Part shown: positions 1 to 9,045 of the stretch, piece after piece | How positions within the stretch are numbered: the stretch's first letter is position 1 | How the letters are laid out: the number at the start of each line of letters is the position of its first letter | Source: an uncultured delta proteobacterium | Lineage (GTDB): Bacteria > Myxococcota > Myxococcia > Myxococcales > Anaeromyxobacteraceae | Direction: 5' to 3' | DNA: 64,000 bases | Assembly: GCA_963828255.1 (NCBI GenBank) | Contig: CAWHDZ010000017.1 | Location: 96,001 to 160,000 of the forward strand | Program-made: the position numbers and the translations under genes | The notes under the pieces: generated by a model | What the model was told of the DNA's origin: nothing | Seen by the model: only the letters and a program-made list of their open reading frames with translations | The model's database searches: none

Positions 1-2306
1 GCGACGTCGGCGGCGACGGTGTCGAAGGGGACCATCTCGAACCCGCCGGTTGCGGCGGGAATCGCCGAGAGGATCCTCCGCGAGTTCGTCTGCGACTCCC
101 GGGCCGTGCGGTACCCGGTCTGGGTCGGGGTGGAGAGGACCTTGCCCGCGTCCCACACCATGTTGGCCGCCAGGTTCCCGGTTCCCTTCTTGATGAAGTC
201 GCCGGGCTGGAGGCCGCCGGCGATCGGGTCCCCGGTGTACTCGGTGATCTCGTCGCAGTCCCTGTCCACCATGAAGACGCCGGTGCAGATGGAGCGGCCG
301 TTGCTGTTCACGTCGCCGTTGAAGTTGGCGGAGATCGTCCTGGGGCCGCAGGTCACCTGCGGCTGGTTCGCTGCGGTCTCGGTCGGGTCGCAGCCGTTCA
401 TGAACTCGTCGAAGAGGTTCACCTGGTAGAGGTGCCCCTCCCAGAACGGCGCCACCTCGTTGGGCTTGAAGCGGGTGATGAAGGCTTCGGAGGAGACGGC
501 GTGGATGGTGGAGAGCGAGCTCGCTGCAGGGGCGCTGAAGGAGTTCGCCCGGTTGTTGTAGGACTGCACCGTCCTGGTGAGGGCGTCGGCGAGCTGCTTT
601 CCGTCGTCGGCGTTGATGTAGGTGCCGCCGCCCATGTTGGCGACCGCGTTGAGGATGTTCCGGGCGGCGCCCGCCGGGAGGTTGATGCTGATGGGGCTGA
701 CGCTCACCACCTGCTTGAGGACCGGCTCGATGAGGCCGGGGCGGAGGTCGTTGTTGTTGAGCCAGTAGGCGATGCGGGGAATGACCGACTGGCGGTTGTC
801 GGCGGGCGAGATGCAGTTCGACCCGGTCGGCCCGCAGTTGGCGAAGTACGGGCCATCCATGTACGTGTCGAAGAGGTTGGGGATGGGCGTGGGCGTCGTG
901 TCGTTCTCGTTGGGCGACCCGTCGGTCACGAGGATCACGGCGCTCGTCTGGCACGACCAGCAGATGGAGCACTGGTCCGTGGTCACCCAGGGGGCGTTCA
1001 TCATGCCCCTGGCGGTCTGGGTGAAGTCCACCCTCGGGTTGTAGGGGGAGGCCGGGCTGGTGAGCTCGTAGGCCGCGCCGAATCCGGAGAAGGTCGTCGA
1101 GCCCGCGCCGTTCCGGTAGAGGTTCGGCTGGCTCAGGTATTGCCCCATCCGGAAGAGACCGGCGGACATGGGCGTCCCGCCGCTCAACAGGCTGGGGAGG
1201 CCCCCGGTGGGCCAGTTCCTGTGATTCAGGGCGTCGAGGATGAGCTGGCGCGCCGTGGCCATGGCCGCCTTGTTGGCGGTAGAGTCGGCCGGGTAGGAGT
1301 GGGCCTTGTCCGGGCCGAGCGGCACGATGATCTGCGCCCCGGTTCCGGTGCTGATGCTGGAGGAGAAGAACGCCAGGCCGAACCGGGCCGAGTCGGAGTT
1401 GCTCGCGGCCTTCGTGGTGTCGATCCAGATCGTGTCCTTGATCACCTTGCGGGCGGACATGAACTTGGGGGGATTGGCGTTGAGCCAGCCACCGCTGAAG
1501 AAGACGACGTCCGACTGCCTGGTGACAGGAGCCCTGCAGGCCCCGTTCCTCCTCTCGACGACCTGGTAGTCGGGTCCCCGATAGAAGTAGAAGCCCGGGA
1601 ACGAAGGGACGGCCGGAGGCGTGGGGAAGGTCGCCGGGGGCGTTCCGCCGAAGAGGCAAGAATTGCAGGCGTCGATCGGAGCGGTGACGTTCAGCGTGAC
1701 CGTGTTCTCCCTGGTGCAGTTGCTGCCCGACATGGAGTAGGTGGAGTACGTGAAGCTCGTCGTGCAGGTGGTCTGGGACGTCGCGCTGGTCTCGTTCCAG
1801 CTGGCGTACCTGTAAACCTTGGACGGCTGGAAGAGGCAGTTGTTGCCGGTGCAGCCCGTTCCCCAGGTGGGCTGGTCGATGAGGCCGTTGCCCGGCTCGA
1901 TGCCGTTGCCCGGATCGACGTAGGTCGCGGTGGGCGCGTAGTCGTGCATCCAGCTGAGGTTGGCGTTGGCGCGAACGTCGCAGGTGCCCGTGTTGACGGC
2001 CATGGTGGGAAACCTGCAACTGGCCAGGAGGTTTGAATTGCTCCAGTCGCCGTCGCCGCACTGGGGAGGCTCGCCCATGGACCCCGACGTGTCGAGCAGG
2101 ATCATGAGGTTGGTCGTGCCCACCGGGAGCGTGAAGAACTGCTCGTCGCCGGCCACGGGGTTGTTCACCGTGGAGGCCAGCGAGGTGGTGGTGTTGGAGC
2201 ACTCGTTCTGGCCGCAGTCGCCGCGCTGGGGCAAGAGGGCGGCCGCCCCGACCACGAGGGAGAGCGCGATCAGGAGGTTTCGTCGATTCGTCTGGGCTGG
2301 GTTCAT
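1..2306 (-). CDS. pilY1: PilY1-like pilus tip adhesin with N-terminal vWA domain (3' end runs off the window)
   Basis: Read by hand (absent from the ORF track because it has no stop in the window). ATG at 2306 with AGAGGA RBS; MNPAQTNRRNLLIALSLVVGAAALL signal peptide; NLMILLDTSGSM (MIDAS DxSxS), later GGTP and VILVTDGSP. Frame checked at 2091, 1233, 921 and 39. Last gene of the minor pilin cluster. Confidence 0.85.
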   Translation of the reverse strand, partial: MNPAQTNRRNLLIALSLVVGAAALLPQRGDCGQNECSNTTTSLASTVNNPVAGDEQFFTLPVGTTNLMILLDTSGSMGEPPQCGDGDWSNSNLLASCRFPTMAVNTGTCDVRANANLSWMHDYAPTATYVDPGNGIEPGNGLIDQPTWGTGCTGNNCLFQPSKVYRYASWNETSATSQTTCTTSFTYSTYSMSGSNCTRENTVTLNVTAPIDACNSCLFGGTPPATFPTPPAVPSFPGFYFYRGPDYQVVERRNGACRAPVTRQSDVVFFSGGWLNANPPKFMSARKVIKDTIWIDTTKAASNSDSARFGLAFFSSSISTGTGAQIIVPLGPDKAHSYPADSTANKAAMATARQLILDALNHRNWPTGGLPSLLSGGTPMSAGLFRMGQYLSQPNLYRNGAGSTTFSGFGAAYELTSPASPYNPRVDFTQTARGMMNAPWVTTDQCSICWSCQTSAVILVTDGSPNENDTTPTPIPNLFDTYMDGPYFANCGPTGSNCISPADNRQSVIPRIAYWLNNNDLRPGLIEPVLKQVVSVSPISINLPAGAARNILNAVANMGGGTYINADDGKQLADALTRTVQSYNNRANSFSAPAASSLSTIHAVSSEAFITRFKPNEVAPFWEGHLYQVNLFDEFMNGCDPTETAANQPQVTCGPRTISANFNGDVNSNGRSICTGVFMVDRDCDEITEYTGDPIAGGLQPGDFIKKGTGNLAANMVWDAGKVLSTPTQTGYRTARESQTNSRRILSAIPAATGGFEMVPFDTVAADV

Positions 2307-2316
2307 GGCGTGTCCT

Positions 2317-2811
2317 CTAGATTCCGAAGCGAATGCCGAACTCGACCTCGAGCTGCCTGCCGCTCGAGGGGTCCCCGTCGATCCCGCCCTGCTGACAGTG
2401 CACCACCACCTTGAGCGGCTTGCCGCCGCCGCCGGTGACGAGCACCCGGTTCGTGATGTCCTGGATCGCGCCCGGGTCGGGGCCGAAGGACGCTCCCGGG
2501 AGGTTCACGACCTGCGTTACCTGGACGCCCGTCTGGTCGAAGTGGCCCCCGACCAGGTTGGTGCTCGCGTCCATTGGCATGTTGAGCGCCGTGAGGGACA
2601 GCGGGGAGATGCCCAGGGCCTTGAACTGGGAGACGATGACCTGGCGCCCGGCGTCGGCGCAGGCCACCAGCGCCTGGGTCTTGCGCGAGGCCGTCGCCCC
2701 GGCCACCTCGCGCGAGGCGAAGCGGATGACGGACACGCCGATGATGGCGATGAGCAGGACCACCAGGACCGACATGACGAGTGCGCTTCCGCGCTGGGAT
2801 CGTGCTTGCAT
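2317..2811 (-). CDS. pilX: PilX-like minor pilin
   Basis: MQARSQRG|SALVMSVLVVLLIAIIG: class III signal lacking Glu5, typical of PilX/GspK. AAGGAG RBS; lies between pilW and pilY1. Confidence 0.8.
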   Translation of the reverse strand: MQARSQRGSALVMSVLVVLLIAIIGVSVIRFASREVAGATASRKTQALVACADAGRQVIVSQFKALGISPLSLTALNMPMDASTNLVGGHFDQTGVQVTQVVNLPGASFGPDPGAIQDITNRVLVTGGGGKPLKVVVHCQQGGIDGDPSSGRQLEVEFGIRFGI

Positions 2812-2821
2812 GGTCTGCTCC

Positions 2822-4090
2822 TTACCCTCCGCCCACGTTGAGGACGGTCGAGGTCGGCTCGATGGCCGGGAAGAACGGGGCGCGGGCCTCCATGTTCGGG
2901 ATGGCCACGCTGGTCTCGAAGGTGGTGCGGCGGTAGGCCGGGTCTCCCGCGGCGACGGCGGGCCGGTTGCCGGCGGCCGGGATGTTCGCGTCTCCCAGGT
3001 TGGAGTCCACGTTGGGGGAACGCGCCACGATGGCGACCCGGACCGATCGGATGTTGGACGGGTAGTGGTTCCCGCGCGCGAGCGAGAGGCGGGCCGAGGC
3101 GTACGTCGGGATGCCCCCCTCGGTCGGAGCGAACGCGATGCCATCGTCGTCGTTGGCGAGGGCCGCACCCGGGGTCGCCCCGGCCACCTGCGTCCCGGCC
3201 TCGGCCCGCGGGAAAACGTAGGCGATCTGGAAGTCCTCCACGTCCGGCGCCACCACCTCGAGGAGGGGCGCCCCGTCCTGGCGGAGTCCACGGTCGAGCA
3301 TGAGGTAGGGGCGGGAGCGGGCGGAGTTCCAGTCCACCACCTGACCGGCCGCGTCGTAGCTCTGGACGAAGTAGCGGAGCCGGTCCACCTTGAAGAGACG
3401 GGCCATGCCGCCTGGGGAGAAGCAGGTGTCGCCGGTGGCGGGGGCGATGGCCTCGTTCTGGTTCGGGTAGTCGAGATCACTCCCGGGCTCGAGCGTGACC
3501 GTGATCACGGCGTCCTCGGTGACTGCCACCTCGCTGGCGGCCCGGACGTAGGCCCAGACCATGGTTCCGGTGAAGCACACCGCCTGGAAGACCTGGCCGG
3601 CGCGGATGGGCTGGCGGAGCGGTCCGGCGATCTGGATCGAGGTCTCGGAGTCGACGGAGACGATCTGGTGGTTGAAGTAGGGGTCCCGGTACTGGAAGGC
3701 GAGCTCGTCGGGCCCGGCGATGGAGTCGCGGCAGGAGACCGCAGCCCCGCACGCGAAGCCGGTGGTGCCCCCGGAGTCTCCACCGAAGGTGACGGTCTTC
3801 CCCGGCGTCAGGCGGGCCCGGTCCATGGGGACGTTCAGCATCTGTCCGAAGTCGAAGACCATGGCCGGCTCGACCCCGAACCCGGCCATGCGCAGGTCCT
3901 GGGAGACGGTTCCCAGCGCCATGCGCCCGGTCTCTTGGAGGGCGCGGTCCGTCGAGGAGCCCTGGAAGCTGCGCTTCTGCCCCTGCAGCATCAGGACGCC
4001 GGCGGCGATGGCGACGAGCGAGACCACCACGCCGATGAGCAGCTCGACCAGCGTGAAGCCAGCCTGGGACTTGGGTCTGCGGGAGTTCAC
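2822..4090 (-). CDS. pilW: PilW-like minor pilin
   Basis: AG|FTLVELLIG prepilin motif; QDLRMAGFG and IRSVRVAIVARS segments typical of PilW; 422 aa. Confidence 0.85.
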   Translation of the reverse strand: MNSRRPKSQAGFTLVELLIGVVVSLVAIAAGVLMLQGQKRSFQGSSTDRALQETGRMALGTVSQDLRMAGFGVEPAMVFDFGQMLNVPMDRARLTPGKTVTFGGDSGGTTGFACGAAVSCRDSIAGPDELAFQYRDPYFNHQIVSVDSETSIQIAGPLRQPIRAGQVFQAVCFTGTMVWAYVRAASEVAVTEDAVITVTLEPGSDLDYPNQNEAIAPATGDTCFSPGGMARLFKVDRLRYFVQSYDAAGQVVDWNSARSRPYLMLDRGLRQDGAPLLEVVAPDVEDFQIAYVFPRAEAGTQVAGATPGAALANDDDGIAFAPTEGGIPTYASARLSLARGNHYPSNIRSVRVAIVARSPNVDSNLGDANIPAAGNRPAVAAGDPAYRRTTFETSVAIPNMEARAPFFPAIEPTSTVLNVGGG

Positions 4091-4629
4091 AGGCGGTCCT
4101 CCGGGTTGACCTTGAATCCGTGGAGCACGACGCGGCGCCAGGCGCCCCCCTGGGGCCAGCGGACGATCACCGCGACGCGCATCCCGTCGGCCACGCCGTT
4201 CCCCGCAGAGTCGATGAGGGCGCCCGCGTCGTCGTTGGTCGAGACGTTCCAGTAGCGCTCGAACCCGCCCGTGGCGAGCCCGGCGGTGGGGATCCCGTTC
4301 CAGTCGCCTCCGGCGGTCAGGTCGGCCTCGGCGTGATCGAAGGGTGGGGTCGTGCCATAGCCCTCGAAGAGCCGGGTGTCGTCCCCCAGGTCGGAGTCGT
4401 TCGCGGTGTTGACGTTGGCGACCCGGACGTCCGCGTAGTCCCAGCTCTGGACCTGGTTCATGAGGTCCTGGGCGATGGCGGTGGCGCGGGTGATCTCGCG
4501 GGCCTCGCTCTGCAGGCGGAGCCCGGTGGAGTGGAGGCTCAGCATTCCGGTGGCGCCCACCAGCAAAACCACCATGGCGACCATGGCCTCGATCAGGGAG
4601 ACTCCCCGCTCGCCTCGACGTGAGCGCAT
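4087..4629 (-). CDS. pilV: PilV-like minor pilin
   Basis: MRSRRGERG|VSLIEAMVAMVVLLVG; ATG at 4629 preceded by AGGAGGAG; stop overlaps the pilW start. Confidence 0.8.
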   Translation of the reverse strand: MRSRRGERGVSLIEAMVAMVVLLVGATGMLSLHSTGLRLQSEAREITRATAIAQDLMNQVQSWDYADVRVANVNTANDSDLGDDTRLFEGYGTTPPFDHAEADLTAGGDWNGIPTAGLATGGFERYWNVSTNDDAGALIDSAGNGVADGMRVAVIVRWPQGGAWRRVVLHGFKVNPEDRL

Positions 4630-4637
4630 CGCTCCTC

Positions 4638-5325
4638 CTAGCCGCCCTGGTTGTGAAGGGTCACGGAGCCGGTGCCCGACGTGACGATGATGGTGCGCTG
4701 GCCGCCGACCTCGGGCGCCGCCAGGGACAGGCTGCCGCCGACGACGTTGGCGGCCGGCTGACCGAGGCCGGTGTTGCCGGAGTAGAAGGAGGCCCGGCCG
4801 CGGGAGTCGAAGCGGATGGCGCCACGCCGGTCGCCGTCCGCCTTGCAGAAGGAGCAATCGACGTTGATGGGGATCGCCGCCATGGGCGCGACCAGCGCCG
4901 CCGAGGACCCGGCCCCGGCGGACGGACCGACCACGACGTTGCGCGGGAGGTCGTAGTCGGCGACGATCGTGCTCCGGCCGGCGCGCGGGAGCGCGGCTGC
5001 GTCGTAGCCGGCGAAGTTGATCGTCGCCGCGTCGGAGAAGAGGTCGGCGTTCCCGTCTCTCGTACACGACCACCCGGCCGGTGCTTCCCGATCCGGCGAA
5101 GTTCGGGAAGACCATCACCGCCACGTCGTTGCCGGTGGCCAGCGCGTGCTGCCGCGCGCCATGGACGAGCGCGACCAGCTCGCTCGTGGCGTCGGCCAGC
5201 TGGGCGCGGGGGCGCAGGCGCCAGAGGTTCGACCAGGCGATCGCCGCCAGCGCCGCCATGATGGCGATGACGATCATGAGCTCGATGATGGTGAAGGCGT
5301 GTGCGGATGTGGGGCGCTGTCGCAT
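4638..5325 (-). CDS. fimU: FimU/FimT-like minor pilin, frameshifted (+1 near 5058) in this sequence
   Basis: N-terminus MRQRPTSAHA|FTIIELMIVIAIMAALAAIAW...ARQHALATG. The C-terminus (AIRFDSRG...NQGG*) is in another frame; removing one base gives VVVYEDGNADLFSD. Confidence 0.75.
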
Positions 5326-5495
5326 GTGGCGTGACCTCGATCGATTTCCATGCAAGCCGTGGGCGAGCGGAACCGCCGCGATGGAGCGGAAATGAGACGT
5401 GAATCCGGGCCCATCCGTCCCAGGATCCTCGCGGGCAACCCCGGTGGGACTGCAAGAAGTGGCGGGTGTGAAAAGGTTGCAGCCTCGGGCCTTCG

Positions 5496-6257
5496 TCAGC
5501 GCAGGTCCCGCTTCTCGAAGGCGAAGGAGGCGAGGGCCAGCGCGCTGGCAGCGTAGAGGGCCCCGTAGCCGGCGGCGAGCCAGGCGCCCGGCGGCGGCGG
5601 CGTCCGGTAGACGACGGCGGCGTTGAGCGAGAGAGCGCCCAGGTTCGGGACCAGGTACCAGACGAGCGTCGCGACCCAGGTTGCGTCCCCCTGCCAGATG
5701 GCCCGCACCTCGCCGGAGAGGTGCCCCGCGATGGCGATGGCCAGCGTGAAGATCGCGGCCAGCGTGGTGCTGGTCAGGGCCGAGAAGAGGATGGCCACCG
5801 CGGCGACCACGAGGAGCTGCACGCCCAGCATGGCGATGGCGCCGAGCAGGCTCATGTCGAGGGGTCGTGCCGACCCGGCCTCGACGGCGAGCACGGCGGC
5901 GAGGACGAGCGCCATGACGGCCAGGTTCGCCAGCAGCGACGCGGAGAGTCCCAGGTAGCGTCCGACCAGGTACTGGGTGCGCGTGATGGGCTTGGCGATC
6001 ACCGGCAGGAGGACGCGGCGCTCGATGTCTCCGGCCACCATGGAGGAGCCGACGAAGACTGCGATGAGGGTGCCGATCGCGGTGGCCGCGGAGAGCCCCA
6101 GGTCGGCGAGGATCCGGTGCTGCTCGCCGATGGTCAGCTTCGAGATCATGAAGCTCGCCGCGATGATCAGGGAGCCGAAGAGGAGCAGGTTCACCTGGAC
6201 CTTGCGCCGCAGGACCTCCCGCAGCGTGACGAGCGCGATGGAGAGGGTGGCCTTCAT
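5496..6257 (-). CDS. pilI: ABC-2-type permease, PilI-like
   Basis: MKATLSIALVTLREVLRRK; multiple TM segments; DIERRVLLPVIAKPITRTQYLVGRYLG and FEKRDL motifs; in the pilA-pilG run as in the Myxococcus pilGHI system. Confidence 0.75.
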   Translation of the reverse strand: MKATLSIALVTLREVLRRKVQVNLLLFGSLIIAASFMISKLTIGEQHRILADLGLSAATAIGTLIAVFVGSSMVAGDIERRVLLPVIAKPITRTQYLVGRYLGLSASLLANLAVMALVLAAVLAVEAGSARPLDMSLLGAIAMLGVQLLVVAAVAILFSALTSTTLAAIFTLAIAIAGHLSGEVRAIWQGDATWVATLVWYLVPNLGALSLNAAVVYRTPPPPGAWLAAGYGALYAASALALASFAFEKRDLR

Positions 6258-7150
6258 GGCTTTCGGGTTTCCTTGGAGGCTGGGTAGACGGCGGGGGCTT
6301 CGGGCATCTGGTCGCGCCTCTCGGGTCGTGCGAAGCGGTACGGGTTCGCCGTGGACCGGACGCGGCCCTCCTCGTCCAGGTAGAGCTCGCCGCCGAACGG
6401 GTCCCGTGGGATGGAGGGGAGGAGCCCTTCCGAGACCAGCTGTCCGAGGGCGAGCGGTCCGGCGAGGTACCGGGCCCGCCAGTCCGACATGGCGTCCTCG
6501 ACCTTCGAGGCGTCGAGCTCGAGGCGGGCCTGCTGAAGCTGCGACTCGAGCGCCTTCTGGGTGTCGGGGTCCTTCGCCTCCGTCAACGCCTGCTCGAGGA
6601 AGGCGACGGCGGCGTCGGCCCGCTTCCCCTTCACGTAGTAGGCGAGGACGTTCTGGCGAACGTGCGGGGGAGCGCCGGGGGTGCGCGCCGCCACCTCGGC
6701 CCACCTCCCGGCCTCCTTCCAGTCATCCTGGTAGTAGAAGGCGTTGAAGGCCCGGTGGTAGGGGAGGATGTAGCGGTCGGGCACGGCCCGCGTGCCCTTC
6801 TCCAGGATCCGGTTCGACTCGTCGATGCGACCGACGCTGGAGAGGATCGCCCCCGCCACCTGGTAGGCGTAGCCGTGCTTCGGATCGAGGTCGGTCACCG
6901 CGTCCACCAGCGGGAAGAGCTTGTCCCACCCCCGCTCGTTGCCTCGGACCTCCCCGATGTACTGGACGGCCCGCAGCCAGTTCACGTCGGCCGCCAGCGT
7001 CCGGTTCCCCAGGAAGAGGAACGCCAGCGGGCCGGCGCGAGGGACCGCATCGATGTCGTAGGGGCGTTCCTGCGCGACGTGGAGCCGGCTGGCGGCGAAG
7101 GTCGTGGCCGCTGCCAGGGCGACGAAGAGGAGGAAGCGGAGGGCGAGCAC
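6254..7150 (-). CDS. pilG: Myxobacterial PilG-like TPR-bearing pilus accessory protein
   Basis: N-terminal TM; ADVNWLRAVQY, VTDLDP and DPFGG motifs; directly downstream of pilA. GTG start at 7150 is inferred. Confidence 0.7.
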   Translation of the reverse strand: MLALRFLLFVALAAATTFAASRLHVAQERPYDIDAVPRAGPLAFLFLGNRTLAADVNWLRAVQYIGEVRGNERGWDKLFPLVDAVTDLDPKHGYAYQVAGAILSSVGRIDESNRILEKGTRAVPDRYILPYHRAFNAFYYQDDWKEAGRWAEVAARTPGAPPHVRQNVLAYYVKGKRADAAVAFLEQALTEAKDPDTQKALESQLQQARLELDASKVEDAMSDWRARYLAGPLALGQLVSEGLLPSIPRDPFGGELYLDEEGRVRSTANPYRFARPERRDQMPEAPAVYPASKETRKP

Positions 7151-7186
7151 GCGGACGAAGTCTAGGCCGTCCCTGGCGAGCGATCC

Positions 7187-7223
7187 AGAAAGGCGGAGGG
7201 CCGCCCGTTGCCGGACGGCCCTC
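7187..7223 (-). terminator. GC-rich stem-loop after pilA (terminator or 3' stabiliser)
   Basis: Minus strand GAGGGCCGTCCG-GCAA-CGGGCGGCCCTC: 12-bp stem with one G-U and a GNRA loop, followed by CGCCTTTCT (weak U tract). Confidence 0.6.
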
Positions 7224-7250
7224 GCAGGTGCTGCGTGCGGTGGACGACGA

Positions 7251-7842
7251 CTAGAAGACGTTGTCGCCGGAGATGCGGATCGGCGTGCCGAGCGGCTGCT
7301 GCCCGGCCGTGTTGCCGACGATGGTCCCGCCGCCGCGGCAGGCTGCGGTGCCCGCGGCTGTTGCGACGCTATCCTGGGTCTTGAAGAGGGCCACGCAGGC
7401 GGTCTGGCCGTCGCCGTCGATGTCGGCGCCAGCGGAGAGCGCCAGGTTGGAGCCGGCCGTGCCGGCGACGACGGCGGAGTAGCAGCCGTAGGTGCTGCCC
7501 TCGACCACCCAGTCGATGCTGATTGGCGGCGGCGATGTCGGTGGTCTCCCAGGTGTTCTTGGTGGTGCCGGCGACGCAGGCGGCCGGGACCACGAGGCCG
7601 GCGTACTGGCCAGTGGCGCCTTCGTTTCCGGTGGGGGACCCGAGAGGAACGGCGCGCTCGGACTGCTTCAGCGACTCTTCCGACTTGAAGAGGGCGCTCA
7701 CGTTGGTGGGCAGCTCGCCGAACTTGGCGCGCAGCTGGTACTTGAGGAAGTTGGGGATCGCGATGGCCGCCAGGATGCCGATGATGGCGACGACGATCAT
7801 GAGCTCGATCAGGGTGAAGCCCTTCATCATCTTCTTCTTCAT
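7251..7842 (-). CDS. pilA: Major type IVa pilin PilA, frameshifted (+1 near 7521) in this sequence
   Basis: MKKKMMKG|FTLIELMIVVAIIGILAAIAIPNFLKYQLRAK with GGAGGAG RBS. C-terminal half (SIDWVVEGSTYGCY...DIDGDG...DNVF*) is in another frame; 592 nt = 3n+1. Confidence 0.9.
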
Positions 7843-7943
7843 GGTCTCTCTCCTCCACGTTGGGTCGGAGGGAGCCAGGAGGGCCCCGCCGACTGGAATC
7901 GGACGCCATCGAGCGTCCGCAGCACTGTTCGGAAGGGTTACCT

Positions 7944-7960
7944 AGCATCGACAGTGCCAA
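7944..7960 (-). promoter_or_regulatory. sigma54 (-24/-12) promoter of pilA
   Basis: Minus strand TTGGCAC-TGTCG-ATGCT with GG-N10-GC spacing; pilA is sigma54/PilR-dependent in Myxococcus and Pseudomonas. Confidence 0.8.
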
Positions 7961-8011
7961 GCCCCGGGTTGGCGCAACCCCGCGAAGTCCCGGATGTGGG
8001 TCGCGCTCTCC

Positions 8012-8059
8012 TGACGCCCCACGGCAACCGTCCCCTCCCTCGGATGACGTTTTCCGTCA
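8012..8059. promoter_or_regulatory. Two candidate enhancer-binding-protein (PilR-type) sites
   Basis: Perfect palindrome TGACG-N5-CGTCA (8045-8059) and imperfect TGACG-N5-CGGCA (8012-8026), 33 bp apart, about 80-125 bp upstream of the predicted pilA transcription start. Confidence 0.5.
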
Positions 8060-8118
8060 CCTCGGGGAGGCGGTCCAGGTTTTGACAGGCGATGGGTTGC
8101 GAAAGATCATCCCGGCCA

Positions 8119-9042
8119 ATGGGTCAGATAATCCTGAAGACCGAGAAGCTCTCCAAGACCTTCGAGGTCGGCGTGCGCCGCAAGCGCGTACAGGCAGTGA
8201 AGGACCTCGACCTGGCCGTGGAGGAGGGGGAGATCTTCGGCTTCGTGGGGCCGAACGGGGCCGGCAAGACCACCACCATCAAGATGCTCATGGGGCTCAT
8301 CTTCCCCAGCTCCGGGAAGGCCTTCATCTACGACACGGCCATCCCCTCGGCCGAGGCCAAGCGGCGCATCGGCTTCCTCCCGGAGAACCCCTCCTACTAC
8401 GAGTTCCTGACCGGCCGCGAGGCGCTGCGCTTCTTCGGGGAGCTCTCCGGCGTCCCGGCGTCGGCGATCTCCGGGCGCACCGAGGAACTCCTCGAGCTGG
8501 TGGGGCTCACCCCGGCCGCAGACCGGCAGATCCGGAAGTACTCGAAGGGCATGCAACAGCGGCTCGGAATCGCCCAGGCGCTGGTGGGCGACCCGTCCTT
8601 CGTGGTGCTCGACGAGCCCATGAGCGGGCTCGACCCCATCGGCCGCAAGGACGTCCGCGACCTCATCCTGGAGCTGAAGCGCCGGGGGAAGACGGTCCTC
8701 TTCTCCACCCATATCCTCCCCGACGTGGAGAGCCTCTGCGACCGGGTGGGCGTGATCATCGGCGGCCAGCTGCGCGACGTGGGTCGCATCGGGGAGCTGC
8801 TCTCTCCGCGGGTGAAATCGGTGGAGCTCACCGTGGACGGGGGAGAGGGCCCGGTGGCCGACCTCGCGCCCGGCCGCGTGATCGCCAGGGACGGGGGGCG
8901 CCTGACCCTGTCCTACCCGGACGAGGAGGCCGCCCAGCTTGCGGTCCGGGCGACGCTGTCGCGGGGAGGGCGGCTCGTCTCGATGACCCCGCACCGGGAG
9001 ACGCTGGAGGACCTCTTCGTGCGGCGCGCCGCGGGGAAGTAG
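8119..9042 (+). CDS. pilH: ABC transporter ATP-binding protein, PilH-like
   Basis: Walker A GPNGAGKTT, signature YSKGMQQR, Walker B VVLDEP, H-loop STH; natural partner of the PilI-like permease. Confidence 0.75.
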   Translation: MGQIILKTEKLSKTFEVGVRRKRVQAVKDLDLAVEEGEIFGFVGPNGAGKTTTIKMLMGLIFPSSGKAFIYDTAIPSAEAKRRIGFLPENPSYYEFLTGREALRFFGELSGVPASAISGRTEELLELVGLTPAADRQIRKYSKGMQQRLGIAQALVGDPSFVVLDEPMSGLDPIGRKDVRDLILELKRRGKTVLFSTHILPDVESLCDRVGVIIGGQLRDVGRIGELLSPRVKSVELTVDGGEGPVADLAPGRVIARDGGRLTLSYPDEEAAQLAVRATLSRGGRLVSMTPHRETLEDLFVRRAAGK

Positions 9043-9045
9043 CCG

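Noticed and set aside
4087..5355. FimU-PilV fusion protein (422-aa ORF)
   Set aside because: Produced by the +1 base at 5058; the middle is out-of-frame Arg-rich junk, and pilV has its own RBS and prepilin leader.
5351..5367. sigma54 promoter for the fimU cluster (TCGCCC-ACGGC-TTGCA, minus strand)
   Set aside because: Good -12 element, but the invariant -24 GG reads CG; unsupported unless this is a sequencing error.
7251..7842. Geobacter-type short conductive e-pilin
   Set aside because: The reconstructed mature pilin is ~188 aa with a full globular domain and modest aromatic content.
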